NCBI GenBank assembly: GCA_016931255.1
Contig: JAFGFG010000005.1
Location: 7,053-71,052, forward strand
Origin: Candidatus Aenigmatarchaeota archaeon
GTDB taxonomy: Archaea; Aenigmatarchaeota; Aenigmatarchaeia; QMZP01; JAFGSV01
Length of the DNA stretch: 64,000 bases
Direction: 5' to 3'
The stretch's first letter is position 1. The number at the start of each line of letters is the position of its first letter. A program made the translations under genes and the position numbers. Below the pieces are notes generated by a model. The model was not told the DNA's origin, searched no databases, and saw only the letters and a program-made list of their open reading frames with translations. Below are positions 1 to 10,079 of this stretch, piece by piece.

Positions 1-64
1 ACGGAGCTATGCGATTTCCGTAACAGGATGGAAACTTATTATATCATTCCCTTCAAAATAAAGC

Positions 65-1462
65 ATGCGCAGGAAATACAGCCACAGGCCGGGAGCTAGC
101 ATGTTCATGAGTAAGAGGTTCGGCTCGCATGTTCTCAGGAGGATACCCCTGAAGAGGTCGCTCAGCGGCTACGAGATGGAGTTTTGCCTGATAGACGGCA
201 ATGGTGATGTCAGCAACCGCTCGGACGAGATACTGGCTGCATGCAGGAAGATGCTCAAGAATTTCCCGATAAAGAAGGAGGTTGCCCGTAACATGGTGGA
301 AGTGACTTCCCTTCCCCACAGCCGCATAAAGAAGACAGGACTCGGCCTCATGAAGAGTATAGGCACGCTTTCGGATGTCTGCGAAAAGCAAGGTCTGATG
401 ATAATGCCCCTGGGAACTTATCCCGGTACGTTCAGGGAGGACATGAGGGAGAGCGTGAGGTATGCATACTCGGCGGCGGTTCTGGGCAGGAGCAAGTACG
501 AGAAGTACTACCCCCGGTGCTTCGGGTTCCATTACCACTACACCCTTCCAAGAGGCGTCTTCGACAGGCGCGCCATGTTTCCGAAGAAGCCTTCATTCTC
601 GCGCATAAAGAACACGATGATAGACAGCTACAACCTCCTCATAGCCGCGGACCCCGCTCTGACGACGTTCACTCAGTCATCCCCCTTCAGCGGCGGTAAG
701 TACTATGCCCGTGACACGAGGATGCTGTTCTGGAGGGGAGGGAAGAAGCTGAAGTTCAACGGCGCATTCAACAACTTCCAGATGCTCGGCGGCCTGCCTC
801 CGTACAAGCAGACACTCTCGGACCTCATATCCACTCTCAGAAGGAAGGACGCCAAGTTCCGGGCGCTGCTGGAGAAGTCCGGGGCCCCTCAGTCCTTCAT
901 ACGAAACAAGAAGACGCTGGACTTCATCTGGAATCCCGTCAAGATGAACAAGATAGGTACAATAGAGCAGCGCGGCATGGACATGAACCACCCGGAGATA
1001 TGCATAGCCGTGAGCGTCATGTTGAAGTTCATGCTGAGGGCGGTACAGCAGGACTTTTATCACGTGATACCGACCGACCTTGGCGTGGACGAGCCCTTCA
1101 AGCTCGAGGGAAACGTCATACTCATCCCCCCGCAGAGCCATGTCAGGAAGAGGCTCCAGTACCTTTCGGCCTACGAAGGACTGTCAAACAGGGAAATGAG
1201 GAGTTACTGCTCAAGGTTCTATCGGACAGCCAGGCGTCTCGTCTACGAGGAGTACGTCCCGCTGCTCAGGCCTGTGAAGTCCATGCTGGATGACGGCATG
1301 ACGGTTTCCGACAAGATAGTGAAGTACGCCAGGAAGCGAGGATTCTCCGGCAGCTCCCATCTGCCTTCTGAGGTCTCCAGAGAGATAGCACTCTCCCACT
1401 CAATGCGCATGAATAAGAGGCTGGACCGCCTTAAGTCCATGCTTGAGGAGAGCCTGATATGA
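65..1462 (+). CDS. glutamate--cysteine ligase (GCS2)-like carboxylate-amine ligase
   Basis: GYEMEF, KKE..NMVEV, GFHYH and IEQRGMD resemble GCS2-family metal-binding motifs. Confidence 0.6.
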   Translation: MRRKYSHRPGASMFMSKRFGSHVLRRIPLKRSLSGYEMEFCLIDGNGDVSNRSDEILAACRKMLKNFPIKKEVARNMVEVTSLPHSRIKKTGLGLMKSIGTLSDVCEKQGLMIMPLGTYPGTFREDMRESVRYAYSAAVLGRSKYEKYYPRCFGFHYHYTLPRGVFDRRAMFPKKPSFSRIKNTMIDSYNLLIAADPALTTFTQSSPFSGGKYYARDTRMLFWRGGKKLKFNGAFNNFQMLGGLPPYKQTLSDLISTLRRKDAKFRALLEKSGAPQSFIRNKKTLDFIWNPVKMNKIGTIEQRGMDMNHPEICIAVSVMLKFMLRAVQQDFYHVIPTDLGVDEPFKLEGNVILIPPQSHVRKRLQYLSAYEGLSNREMRSYCSRFYRTARRLVYEEYVPLLRPVKSMLDDGMTVSDKIVKYARKRGFSGSSHLPSEVSREIALSHSMRMNKRLDRLKSMLEESLI

Positions 1463-1488
1463 AAATGCTCAGGGTGGGTGGGGTCACA

Positions 1489-1600
1489 GGGCTCGACATA
1501 CACGGGGTTGACATAATAAAGGGGGATGACGGAAATACTACGTTGTCGACGTCAACACGTTCCGGGGGCTGTATCCGGGCATACTCGGAAAGGCCGAGTG
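1489..1600 (+). pseudogene. frameshifted C-terminal fragment of an ATP-grasp (RimK-like) ligase
   Basis: GLDIHGVDIIKGDDG continues in another frame as YYVVDVNTFRG, the ATP-grasp GVD...(E/D)VN signature. Confidence 0.55.
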
Positions 1601-1650
1601 CGATTTGTACGATTCCATTCTTGAGCTCGTCAGGTCATCCGCGGCGAAAG

Positions 1651-1714
1651 GGCGATAAATTAAATGCCGCATACAACTGCCTCGACAGGCACATAGATGG
1701 AGACAAGGGAGACA
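1651..1714 (+). pseudogene. duplicated fragment of the acs 5' region
   Basis: Encodes KLNAAYNCLDRHIDGDKGD versus KINAAYNCLDRHVEGGKGD in acs; 1672-1692 is identical to 2596-2616. Confidence 0.75.
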
Positions 1715-1746
1715 GAACGTAAGAAGTAACGATAAGTATCATTTTA

Positions 1747-1941
1747 TCAATACATTGAATCAGTTAATCTCTGCAATTCAAGCCAATCTTGCTGAGTTGT
1801 TTTACTTCCTGAATCAAAAGATGAATTATCACGTCGGTTGTTCATTTCAAATTCTCTTTCGGCACTGATTCTATATCCGTTTTGAGACGTTCTGTATTGT
1901 GAGCCCAGTGGAACATTAAACATGCGAGACATGTAAGACAT
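1747..1941 (-). CDS. hypothetical small protein
   Basis: 64-aa ORF in an AT-richer insert, 1 nt downstream of the 1943..2212 ORF. Confidence 0.35.
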   Translation of the reverse strand: MSYMSRMFNVPLGSQYRTSQNGYRISAEREFEMNNRRDNSSFDSGSKTTQQDWLELQRLTDSMY

Positions 1942-1942
1942 T

Positions 1943-2212
1943 TCAGCAGATGATAAACTCGTCTGCGTGCCGTTCCAGTGGTTTATAATTCCTCTGAAGC
2001 CACGGCTTTTTCACCCGTTTGTGACCAACAATTCTTGCTTTCCATCTTCCTCCGGTCTTTCTGAGCTTAATTACCGGCTTAATGTCACCGTCGTAAAACA
2101 CATCGTCTCTGATGCCATTTTGGTTATTTCTATAACCCGTGGAATTATAACGTCTCGAATTGTCTGAATAAATTCCGAATTGATGGTTGTAGATTCTCAT
2201 CCCGCTTGACAT
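1943..2212 (-). CDS. hypothetical small basic protein
   Basis: 89-aa ORF with an AT-rich, TATA-like upstream region; no family recognised. Confidence 0.4.
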   Translation of the reverse strand: MSSGMRIYNHQFGIYSDNSRRYNSTGYRNNQNGIRDDVFYDGDIKPVIKLRKTGGRWKARIVGHKRVKKPWLQRNYKPLERHADEFIIC

Positions 2213-2346
2213 GAAATTACAATTATATGCAAAATTTTAAATAATGGAAGGCAATACAGTGACAAATGGACGTAAGAAATAAAAGTCCGCGCTCGAATTA
2301 TATAGATTCGTTTACTAAACGATGAATAATATGGGAGTGATGATAT

Positions 2347-4302
2347 ATGACAACTAAATGGATTGTTGAAGATAAGGAAAAAGAGAATGTTTTCTGGCCG
2401 TCTGAAGAGATGAAGAAGGCTGCATGGGTCTCAGACCCGAAGATATACGATGAGGCTTTGAAAGACCAGAAGGCTTTCTGGGCTGAGAAGGCAGGAGCGC
2501 TTCACTGGGAGAAGAAGTGGGACAATGTCTATGAACAGGAACCCGGAAAGCCATGGAATTTCAAGTGGTTCGTTGGCGGAAAGATAAATGCTGCTTACAA
2601 CTGCCTCGACAGGCACGTAGAGGGAGGCAAGGGCGACAAGGTGGCCATGATATGGGTGCCTGAGCCGACAGACGAGAAGCCTGTGAAGATAACATATTCA
2701 GAGCTTAACAAGAAAGTCAACAAGTTTGCCAATGCTCTCAAGAAGCTTGGCATAAAGAAGGGTGACAGGGTCGGTGTGTACCTTCCGATGATACCCGAGC
2801 TCATGATATCGCTTCTTGCAGTTGCGAGAATTGGTGCTGTACACAATGTCGTATTCTCCGCATTCAGCGGGGAATCCGTGAAGGACAGAATGGAAGACGC
2901 AGAGGCGAAGCTTCTCATCACAGCAAACGGATATTACAGGCGCGGCAAGCTCCTTGACCTCAAGAAGAATGCTGACATAGGTGTCGAAGGAACACCTGTC
3001 AAGAACGTTGTCGTTGTCAAGAGGGCAGAGCTTGATGTCAACTGGGTTGACGGCAGAGACCATTGGTTCCATGAGCTTATCGAAAAAGAGAGCGAAAAGT
3101 GTGAAAGCGAATTCGTGGAAGCCAATGACATGCTGTTCATGCTCTACACGAGCGGAACAACAGGAAAGCCCAAGGGCATTGTTCATGACACCGCAGGATA
3201 CCTCACGCAGGCCTACTGGACAACCAAGTGGAACTTCAATGCCAAGGATGACGATGTCTTCTGGTGCACAGCTGATGTCGGCTGGATAACCGGACACACA
3301 TACGGATGCTATGGACCGTTCTCAAACGGCATCACACAGATTGTTTTCGAGGGCGCTCCCGACTATCCGGACATCGGACGATGGTGGAAGACGATTCAGG
3401 ACCACAAGGTCAGCGTGTTCTACACAGCACCGACAGCAATCAGGATGTTCATAAAGGCCGGCGATGCATGGCCTAAAAAGTACAACCTAGAGAGCCTCAA
3501 GATACTCGGTTCAGTAGGTGAGCCGATAGACGAGGAGGCATGGCTATGGTACTTCAGGACCATCGGAGGGGGAAGATGCCCGATAATAGACACATGGTGG
3601 CAGACCGAGACCGGCGCAAATGTTGTCAACACGCTTCCGGGTATCGGACCTTTCATACCGACTGTGGCAGGACGGCCGTTCCCGGGAATAGACATGAAAC
3701 TCGTTGACGAGGAAGGGAATGACGCAGAGATGTCAGGATACCTCGTTGAGAAGCCTCCTTTCGCACCAGGCATGCTCAGGGGCATCTACAAGAACGAGCA
3801 GAAGTACATAGACACATACTGGTCAAGGTTCAAGAACCTTTACGATACAAGCGACGGAGCAAAGCTCAGGGAAGACGGACTCATCAGGATAACAGGAAGG
3901 GTTGATGATGTCATGAAGGTCGCGGGACACAGGCTTTCCACAGGAGAGCTCGAGAATGCCATAAACGAGCACGAGCTCGTCAGGGAATCAGCAGTCGTCC
4001 CGAGGCCGGACAAGATAAAGGGCGAGGTGCCCATAGTCTTTGCTCTTCTCATAGACCCGTCCAAGGCTACTGAAGAGACAAAGGCCGAGATTGTCAGGCA
4101 CGTCGACAAGATGATAGGGCCGACCGCAAGGCCGGCTGCAATCTACTTCGTGGATGACGTGCCAAAGACACGTTCAGGAAAGATAATGAGAAGAATTCTC
4201 AGGGGGCTTGTCACGAACGACACGAACCTCGGAAATGTCACAACACTCATGAATCCCGAATGCGTCGAGCATCTCAAGGAAGTCGTTGGATACGGGGGCT
4301 AA
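2347..4302 (+). CDS. acs: acetyl-CoA synthetase (AMP-forming)
   Basis: YTSGTTGKPKG, WCTADVGWITGH, DTWWQTETG and PKTRSGKIMRR motifs. Confidence 0.97.
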   Translation: MTTKWIVEDKEKENVFWPSEEMKKAAWVSDPKIYDEALKDQKAFWAEKAGALHWEKKWDNVYEQEPGKPWNFKWFVGGKINAAYNCLDRHVEGGKGDKVAMIWVPEPTDEKPVKITYSELNKKVNKFANALKKLGIKKGDRVGVYLPMIPELMISLLAVARIGAVHNVVFSAFSGESVKDRMEDAEAKLLITANGYYRRGKLLDLKKNADIGVEGTPVKNVVVVKRAELDVNWVDGRDHWFHELIEKESEKCESEFVEANDMLFMLYTSGTTGKPKGIVHDTAGYLTQAYWTTKWNFNAKDDDVFWCTADVGWITGHTYGCYGPFSNGITQIVFEGAPDYPDIGRWWKTIQDHKVSVFYTAPTAIRMFIKAGDAWPKKYNLESLKILGSVGEPIDEEAWLWYFRTIGGGRCPIIDTWWQTETGANVVNTLPGIGPFIPTVAGRPFPGIDMKLVDEEGNDAEMSGYLVEKPPFAPGMLRGIYKNEQKYIDTYWSRFKNLYDTSDGAKLREDGLIRITGRVDDVMKVAGHRLSTGELENAINEHELVRESAVVPRPDKIKGEVPIVFALLIDPSKATEETKAEIVRHVDKMIGPTARPAAIYFVDDVPKTRSGKIMRRILRGLVTNDTNLGNVTTLMNPECVEHLKEVVGYGG

Positions 4303-4332
4303 AACCCCTCGGACTCTTCATTTTTGCAGCGT

Positions 4333-5019
4333 TCACTTCCCGAACTTTCTCTGCTGCTCTTTATACCATTCCAGAATGTTCTCGAAATCCTTTTTTGTGA
4401 ATTCAGGCCACATCTTCTCTGAGAAATATATTTCAGCATAACTGGACTGATAGAGCATGAAATTGCTCAGCCTGTGCTGGTTTCCGGTCCTTATGATGAG
4501 GTCAAGAGGCCTCTTGACGTAGAGCGCCCTGTCAAGCTTGCTGGCAGGCTTTCTGAGCGTTTCCTTGAGAGCCTGGTTCATCTCGAGCTTTGAGCCGTAT
4601 GCGAGCATTATGTTCAGCACAATGCGCGAATAGCTCTTGGTCGAGTCGTAAAGCTCCTTGACAATCTGCTTTATGTTGGGCTTCCATGTACCCCTCTCGC
4701 CAACGACCCTCACCTTCATCCTCTTGTTGACAACCCTCGGGTCCTTGAGAAGCTTCTTCAGCTCAGCGCCGTACACCTCCCAGAGGGCGTCCACTTCCTC
4801 CTTGGGCCTTTTCAGGTTCTCAGTTGAAAGCGCGAAAATGGAGACCATCTCTATCTCAGGATGCTCGTCGCACCATTCGATGAATTCTTCAATTCTCTTG
4901 GCGCCTTCCACATGCCCCTGTATGGGATTGAGTTTCCTGTCAAGTGCATATCTCCTGTTGCCGTCAGGAATGAGTCCTATATGGATGCCTTTTGCGACCT
5001 TCTTACTCATCGTAATCAC
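4333..5019 (-). CDS. uppS: cis-prenyltransferase (undecaprenyl/polyprenyl diphosphate synthase)
   Basis: HIGLIPDGNRR, STENLKRP, DLIIRT and RLSNFMLYQ. Confidence 0.95.
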   Translation of the reverse strand: MITMSKKVAKGIHIGLIPDGNRRYALDRKLNPIQGHVEGAKRIEEFIEWCDEHPEIEMVSIFALSTENLKRPKEEVDALWEVYGAELKKLLKDPRVVNKRMKVRVVGERGTWKPNIKQIVKELYDSTKSYSRIVLNIMLAYGSKLEMNQALKETLRKPASKLDRALYVKRPLDLIIRTGNQHRLSNFMLYQSSYAEIYFSEKMWPEFTKKDFENILEWYKEQQRKFGK

Positions 5020-5833
5020 CAGGCTTTCCTGAGAGCCTCTCCAGCTTGGCTATCCTTCTCTTTATCGGAGGATGCGTTGAGAAAAGTCCTGTGAACCAGT
5101 CTTCGTGGAATGGGTTCGCTATCCACATATGTGATGTTGCAGACGGTCCCTTCATTGGCCTGTCGTGACTGTATTCACTTATCTTTCTCAGTGCCGAAGC
5201 AAGTGCGCCGGGATTCTTGGTGAGCATAACAGCTCCATGGTCTGCTGCATATTCCCTTCTTCTGGAAATAGCGAGCTTGACTATTGAAGCTGCAAGCGGT
5301 GCGAATATAACTATCAGAATGAGCCCGAAAAGGCTTGAATTGTCCCTGTTGTCCCCGAACATGCTCCAGTACCCTATCATCGCGATATAGGATATTGCGC
5401 CGGCTATTGTGGCTGCTACGGTCTGTATGAGTGTGTCACGGTTCTTTATATGAGTAAGTTCGTGCGCAAGCACACCCTCTATCTCCTTTTTTGAAAGGTG
5501 GGTGAGCCCGCGCGTCAGGGCGACAGCGCCGTGCTCAGGATTACGCCCTGTGGCGAATGCATTGGGGACATCACTTGAAAGCATGTAGACATCAGGCTTC
5601 GGTATCTGGGCCTCCTTTGCCAGCTCCTTCACCATCTCGTTAAGTCCTTCGTCGTCTGTGAGCTGGGCGCCGTATAATCTGAGGACTATCCTGTCCGAGT
5701 ACCAGTATGAAACGAAATTCAGCATGAAAGCCATAATCAGCGCGAATGTCATCCCTGCTATGCCTCCCATGAGGAGACCGACACCCAGCAGTATGGCAGA
5801 AAGCGCTGCAAGAAGAATTGCTGTCCTGAACAT
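5003..5833 (-). CDS. htpX: M48 zinc metalloprotease HtpX
   Basis: PNAFATG, AHELTH (HExxH), REYAAD, STHPP. Confidence 0.95.
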   Translation of the reverse strand: MFRTAILLAALSAILLGVGLLMGGIAGMTFALIMAFMLNFVSYWYSDRIVLRLYGAQLTDDEGLNEMVKELAKEAQIPKPDVYMLSSDVPNAFATGRNPEHGAVALTRGLTHLSKKEIEGVLAHELTHIKNRDTLIQTVAATIAGAISYIAMIGYWSMFGDNRDNSSLFGLILIVIFAPLAASIVKLAISRRREYAADHGAVMLTKNPGALASALRKISEYSHDRPMKGPSATSHMWIANPFHEDWFTGLFSTHPPIKRRIAKLERLSGKPGDYDE

Positions 5834-5861
5834 AATTAATAATGAAAAGAATGCTTTTAAT

Positions 5862-6836
5862 TTATTGTGCGGCTATCCTGATGAGAAGCCTTCGGGCAAT
5901 CTCTTTCGTTTCCTTCCCGGATTTTATGACGCATACGCCCTTCCCGAACAATCCGTAAACTATGGAGTAACCCTCATCTGTAAGGAGCATGGCAGCGAGG
6001 ACGGCCATATCTTCCTCCCCGTCTACCTGAATTTTAACAGGCTTTTCTGAATTCAGTGCTTCCTGCGTCCGCATCCACATATCGTTTGTTAAGTATCCTG
6101 TCTCATTGACGCATTTCAGTACCTTTCCCATGACCTTTATGTCCCTTCCCGAAGGCTTCCTGTTTATCTTTCCGTCTATTATCGTGATAACGGGCTTTGA
6201 CTCCGAAATGCTGAGGTCGTAGCTGACCTGGTCGCCCACTGATATTATCATGGTATCTTTCATGAAATCCGATGTCTTCCCAATACTGCTGAACAGCTTC
6301 CCGTAAGGCTTCCTGAGATCGTCCCTCATGCTTTCCGGTATTCTTAGCTTTCCTGTGAGGAAGAGCCCGTCCTTCTCCATGAGAGTCGCTGCCTCTTTCG
6401 CGGATTCTTCCGGTGATTTTCCCGTGGTGTCTATCTCCACTGTCCTGCACCCGAGCTCAAGCGACTCTGACTTGCATACTTCCATTATCTCAGCCTCCAC
6501 GTTCTCTTCAGTCTTATCATTATCCCATCCTCTTTCAGCAGCCCTTTTCCTCATCTCAGCGGGATTGGTCCTGAGCACGATGACAAGGTCTGAAGGCACA
6601 ACATGCGCATAATGGGATTCTATAATCATGTTGCTTCCGGAACTCTTCATCACGTCTTCTGCGAGCAAATCGCTATCAACTATTTTACAGCCCCTCTTTT
6701 TGTCATATCCGGCGTATCGCTTCTTTTCCTCTGCAAGCGTGTTCAGTGGCACAAGCTTCCATCCTGTTATTTTTGCAAGCCTTTCAGCCACAGCGCTTTT
6801 CCCTGTTGTCGGGGTTCCTGTCAATGCCACTATCAT
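5862..6836 (-). CDS. fusion of AK6/Fap7-type adenylate kinase and DUF359 GTP-dependent dephospho-CoA kinase
   Basis: N-terminal GTPTTGKS, IIESH and ENVEAE; C-terminal LRKPYG, SVGD, IDGK, VDGEED and VYG. Confidence 0.8.
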   Translation of the reverse strand: MIVALTGTPTTGKSAVAERLAKITGWKLVPLNTLAEEKKRYAGYDKKRGCKIVDSDLLAEDVMKSSGSNMIIESHYAHVVPSDLVIVLRTNPAEMRKRAAERGWDNDKTEENVEAEIMEVCKSESLELGCRTVEIDTTGKSPEESAKEAATLMEKDGLFLTGKLRIPESMRDDLRKPYGKLFSSIGKTSDFMKDTMIISVGDQVSYDLSISESKPVITIIDGKINRKPSGRDIKVMGKVLKCVNETGYLTNDMWMRTQEALNSEKPVKIQVDGEEDMAVLAAMLLTDEGYSIVYGLFGKGVCVIKSGKETKEIARRLLIRIAAQ

Positions 6837-6939
6837 ATAGAAAATATCAAGCAGTATGTATAAAGGCTTTTAGGCTTTTGTAAGACAGAAGACGTGCGAT
6901 GCTATCGAAAGCATTAAAATACATCAGGGAATAATTTTC

Positions 6940-7848
6940 ATGGCTCATGAAAGCATTGCGGCGGAGATAGCGAAGCTGAAGAAGAAGCATAATGCAGTTA
7001 TACTCGCGCACAACTACCAGCTTCCGGAGGTCCAGGACATAGCTGATTACACAGGCGATTCCCTCGGGCTTGCGATGAAAGCAGCAGAAACGGATGCTGA
7101 TGTAATAGTATTCTGCGGGGTAATGTTCATGGCGGAGACAGCGAAGATACTCTCTCCGGAAAAAAAAGTAATAATACCGGAACCGGATGCATTATGTCCC
7201 CTTGCAGCGATGATAACACCTGAGACTGTAAGGAAGCTGAAGAAGGACAATCCCGGCGTGCCTGTCATAGCTTATGTCAACACAACTGCTGCTGTAAAAG
7301 CTGAATCAGACTACTGCTGCACATCCAGCAACCTCCTGAAGGTAGCTGACCACGTGAAAACCAGGAAGATTATATTCATACCTGACAGGCACATGGCTGC
7401 ATACCTCCAGATAGAATCCGGAAAGACCGTAATCACAGGCAACGGCTACTGCTCTACGCACGCGAAGATACTTCCGGAGCACATCATGAAGCAGAAGAAG
7501 AAGCATCCGAAAGCAATGGTTCTCACTCATCCTGAATGCGTGTATGAAGTGCTTGAGCTGGCTGACATCATAACAAGCACAGGAGGCATGCAGAAGTATG
7601 CAAAAAGCCTTGATGCCAGGGAGTTCATAGTCGCAACAGAGAACGGGCTTCTCTACGGGCTGAGAAAGGACAATCCGGGAAAGAAGTTCTATCCCGCAAG
7701 CGAATCTGCATTATGCCCCAACATGAAGAAGACTGACATGGGAAAGGTTCTTGAGTCGCTGAAGACGCTGAAGCACGAGGTCACGCTGCCTGATGACATA
7801 ATCAGGAAGGCAAAGCTTCCCATAAAAAGGATGCTGGAAATATCTTAA
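6940..7848 (+). CDS. nadA: quinolinate synthase A
   Basis: ILAHNYQ, FCGVMFMAE, AYVNT, HPEC, CPNMK. Confidence 0.97.
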   Translation: MAHESIAAEIAKLKKKHNAVILAHNYQLPEVQDIADYTGDSLGLAMKAAETDADVIVFCGVMFMAETAKILSPEKKVIIPEPDALCPLAAMITPETVRKLKKDNPGVPVIAYVNTTAAVKAESDYCCTSSNLLKVADHVKTRKIIFIPDRHMAAYLQIESGKTVITGNGYCSTHAKILPEHIMKQKKKHPKAMVLTHPECVYEVLELADIITSTGGMQKYAKSLDAREFIVATENGLLYGLRKDNPGKKFYPASESALCPNMKKTDMGKVLESLKTLKHEVTLPDDIIRKAKLPIKRMLEIS

Positions 7849-7991
7849 GAGTAGTTGCTCCAGCAGAAGAGATGGTACTGGCATCCCTCGTTTTCGAGTT
7901 CGCAGCATTTCTTGCACATCATCCCTTTCTTCTCTACGCATTTGGCTTTCACTCTGAGCCTTCTGCCGCAGGAAATGCATTTTTCAAGCAT
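7845..7991 (-). CDS. 48-aa Cys-rich microprotein (not in ORF track)
   Basis: MLEKCISCGRRLRVKAKCVEKKGMMCKKCCELENEGCQYHLFCWSNYS; 8 Cys; fills the gap between nadA and the kinase. Confidence 0.6.
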   Translation of the reverse strand: MLEKCISCGRRLRVKAKCVEKKGMMCKKCCELENEGCQYHLFCWSNYS

Positions 7992-8118
7992 TAACTCTCT
8001 TAGCTAAAATCCCTTTTAAAGGGTTTCTGATATACCTGAAAATGCTGGTGAAACCCATAATTGGGTAGAATGAAAAAAACAAGAAAAATTTTAAAGCACG
8101 GAACACGGAATAAGTCTT

Positions 8119-9111
8119 ATGGCATTCGATGTGTTTGGTTTCGGTAATACGCTCGTTGACATAGTGATGAAGGTTGATGACAGCCATGTCATGGAGCTTG
8201 ACCTGAGAAAAGGGACATTTCATCTTGTCGGCGAGGATAAGATTAGGGGCGTCCTTGAGAAATTTCAAAACCACAGAAAGACCACTGTGCCCGCAGGGTC
8301 TGCAGCCAATACGGTTTTTGCGCTGTCTTCTCTTGGAGCGGATACTGTACTCTGCGGTAAGATAGGCAACGACCCCCACGGGGACCTCTACGAGGAGATA
8401 GTAATCAGGGACCGCATAACCTCAAGGATAAAGCGGACATCCGATGGCATGACAGGTACTGTGATAAACCTTGTGACGCCTGACGGCGAAAGGACGTTCG
8501 TGGTCAATCTCGGCGCTGCTGTCACCCTGAGGAAAGAGGACCTTTCCGATGTCGAGGAAGACCTTTCCAATTCAAAGATTTTCCATACAGAGGGATATGT
8601 CCTTGCGCATGATGTTCTCAGGGAATCCGCCATGCATCTGCTTGAGACCGCCAAAAAAAGCGGTGTCAAAATCTCAATAGACCTTTCCGATTCAATGCTC
8701 ATCAAGAACAACCTTGAATTCCTCACGGATGTTGTCACGAAATACGCTGACATAGCTTTTTTCAACGAGGAAGAGGCTAAGGCGTTCACAGGGCTTGAGC
8801 CCGAAGAGGCAGTTGATAAGATATCAGGAATGTGTGAGATAGCGATTGTAAAGCTTGGTTCTGAAGGCTCGCTCATAAGGCCCAGGAACGGAAAACTCAT
8901 ACGCATTGGCACGAAGAAGGTGGAGCCGGTGGACACAACAGGAGCAGGAGACTTCTATGCAGCCGGGTTCCTTTACGGGCTTTCCAGAGGGAAGGACCTA
9001 AGGACATGCGGAAACATAGGCTCGATAATAGCAGGGAATGTTGTCCGGCAGATAGGCGCAAGACCGCCCGGTAACATGAGAGAGCTTCCGGAACTCAAAG
9101 GATTACTCTGA
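8119..9111 (+). CDS. PfkB-family (adenosine kinase-like) kinase
   Basis: GNTLVD, GSAANT, NEEEA, DTTGAGD. Confidence 0.9.
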   Translation: MAFDVFGFGNTLVDIVMKVDDSHVMELDLRKGTFHLVGEDKIRGVLEKFQNHRKTTVPAGSAANTVFALSSLGADTVLCGKIGNDPHGDLYEEIVIRDRITSRIKRTSDGMTGTVINLVTPDGERTFVVNLGAAVTLRKEDLSDVEEDLSNSKIFHTEGYVLAHDVLRESAMHLLETAKKSGVKISIDLSDSMLIKNNLEFLTDVVTKYADIAFFNEEEAKAFTGLEPEEAVDKISGMCEIAIVKLGSEGSLIRPRNGKLIRIGTKKVEPVDTTGAGDFYAAGFLYGLSRGKDLRTCGNIGSIIAGNVVRQIGARPPGNMRELPELKGLL

Positions 9112-10029
9112 CGGCGTTCCGGAACCCATGAAATGGACCTTCTGCGCATTAAGGTCCATAAGGATGAACCTCTCGTTCTTCCTGTAAACAATCTTCCTGT
9201 CTGCCTTCAGCGTTATTGTGCTTCCGCTGATATCCGTGACTTCAGCAGGGAAAGACTGCATTCCCACAATGACATGGAACTTTCCGGCGGTTATGCCGCC
9301 TTCATAGAAAATATTAGCGTCGAATGAAATCTTCACGCTTTCCGAAACCCTGTAGGATTCCGGCTCCGCGATTATCGCCCCGCGCCTCATCTCCTCGACT
9401 GTCGCGCCCTTTATCGCAAGGCCTACCCTGGAACCCGACGGCGCCTCATCGAAATTCTTGTCATGCATCTGTATTGACCTGACGAGAATCTCCTTTTTCT
9501 GAGGGTAAAGCCAAAGCTTCTGGTGCTTCTTAACAATCCCGGACTTTACGAAACCGAGGACTATCTCGCCGACACCTCTCACGCTGAAGGAATGGTCAAC
9601 TGCAACGGATGGTGGCGATTCGTTGTCCGGCTCATGCTCTATCCTAGAAAGCGTATCGAATATATGATGCTGGTCCCTGTTCCTTACAGTGAAATTCTCA
9701 AGGCTTGTGCCCCTTGTCATCTCCACTATCCGCTTCACATCCGTTCCAGGGGTGGCGACGGCAATGCCTTTTTTCACTCCAATGGCATTGATCATTAATA
9801 TGGTCTCTCCAAGCTCGGGCCCGGGATTCTCAAACGACACGATTGCCGCATCAATGACTGACATTATCTGCGCTTTCGCGGAGAGCTTTCCCTCAAGCGG
9901 CTGGATGAACGTATAAGCAGTGTCGTCCTCCTTCCTGTTGAAGAATGACATATCGCTTTCCGTGCCCTTCTTTCCCAGAACCCTTCCGAGTTCATAATCG
10001 TTGAATATGCCAATTGTGAGGCTTTTCAT
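9103..10029 (-). CDS. archaeal SelB-like / EF-Tu domain 2 protein with degenerate G domain
   Basis: LGKKGTESD N-terminus; VDHSFSVRGVGEIVLG, VRSIQMH and SRVGLAIKG; start moved to MKSLTIG. Confidence 0.8.
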   Translation of the reverse strand: MKSLTIGIFNDYELGRVLGKKGTESDMSFFNRKEDDTAYTFIQPLEGKLSAKAQIMSVIDAAIVSFENPGPELGETILMINAIGVKKGIAVATPGTDVKRIVEMTRGTSLENFTVRNRDQHHIFDTLSRIEHEPDNESPPSVAVDHSFSVRGVGEIVLGFVKSGIVKKHQKLWLYPQKKEILVRSIQMHDKNFDEAPSGSRVGLAIKGATVEEMRRGAIIAEPESYRVSESVKISFDANIFYEGGITAGKFHVIVGMQSFPAEVTDISGSTITLKADRKIVYRKNERFILMDLNAQKVHFMGSGTPSE

Positions 10030-10079
10030 ATAGTTACCATATAATATATTTACTTTAAAATAGCTGTGTATTAGATAAT

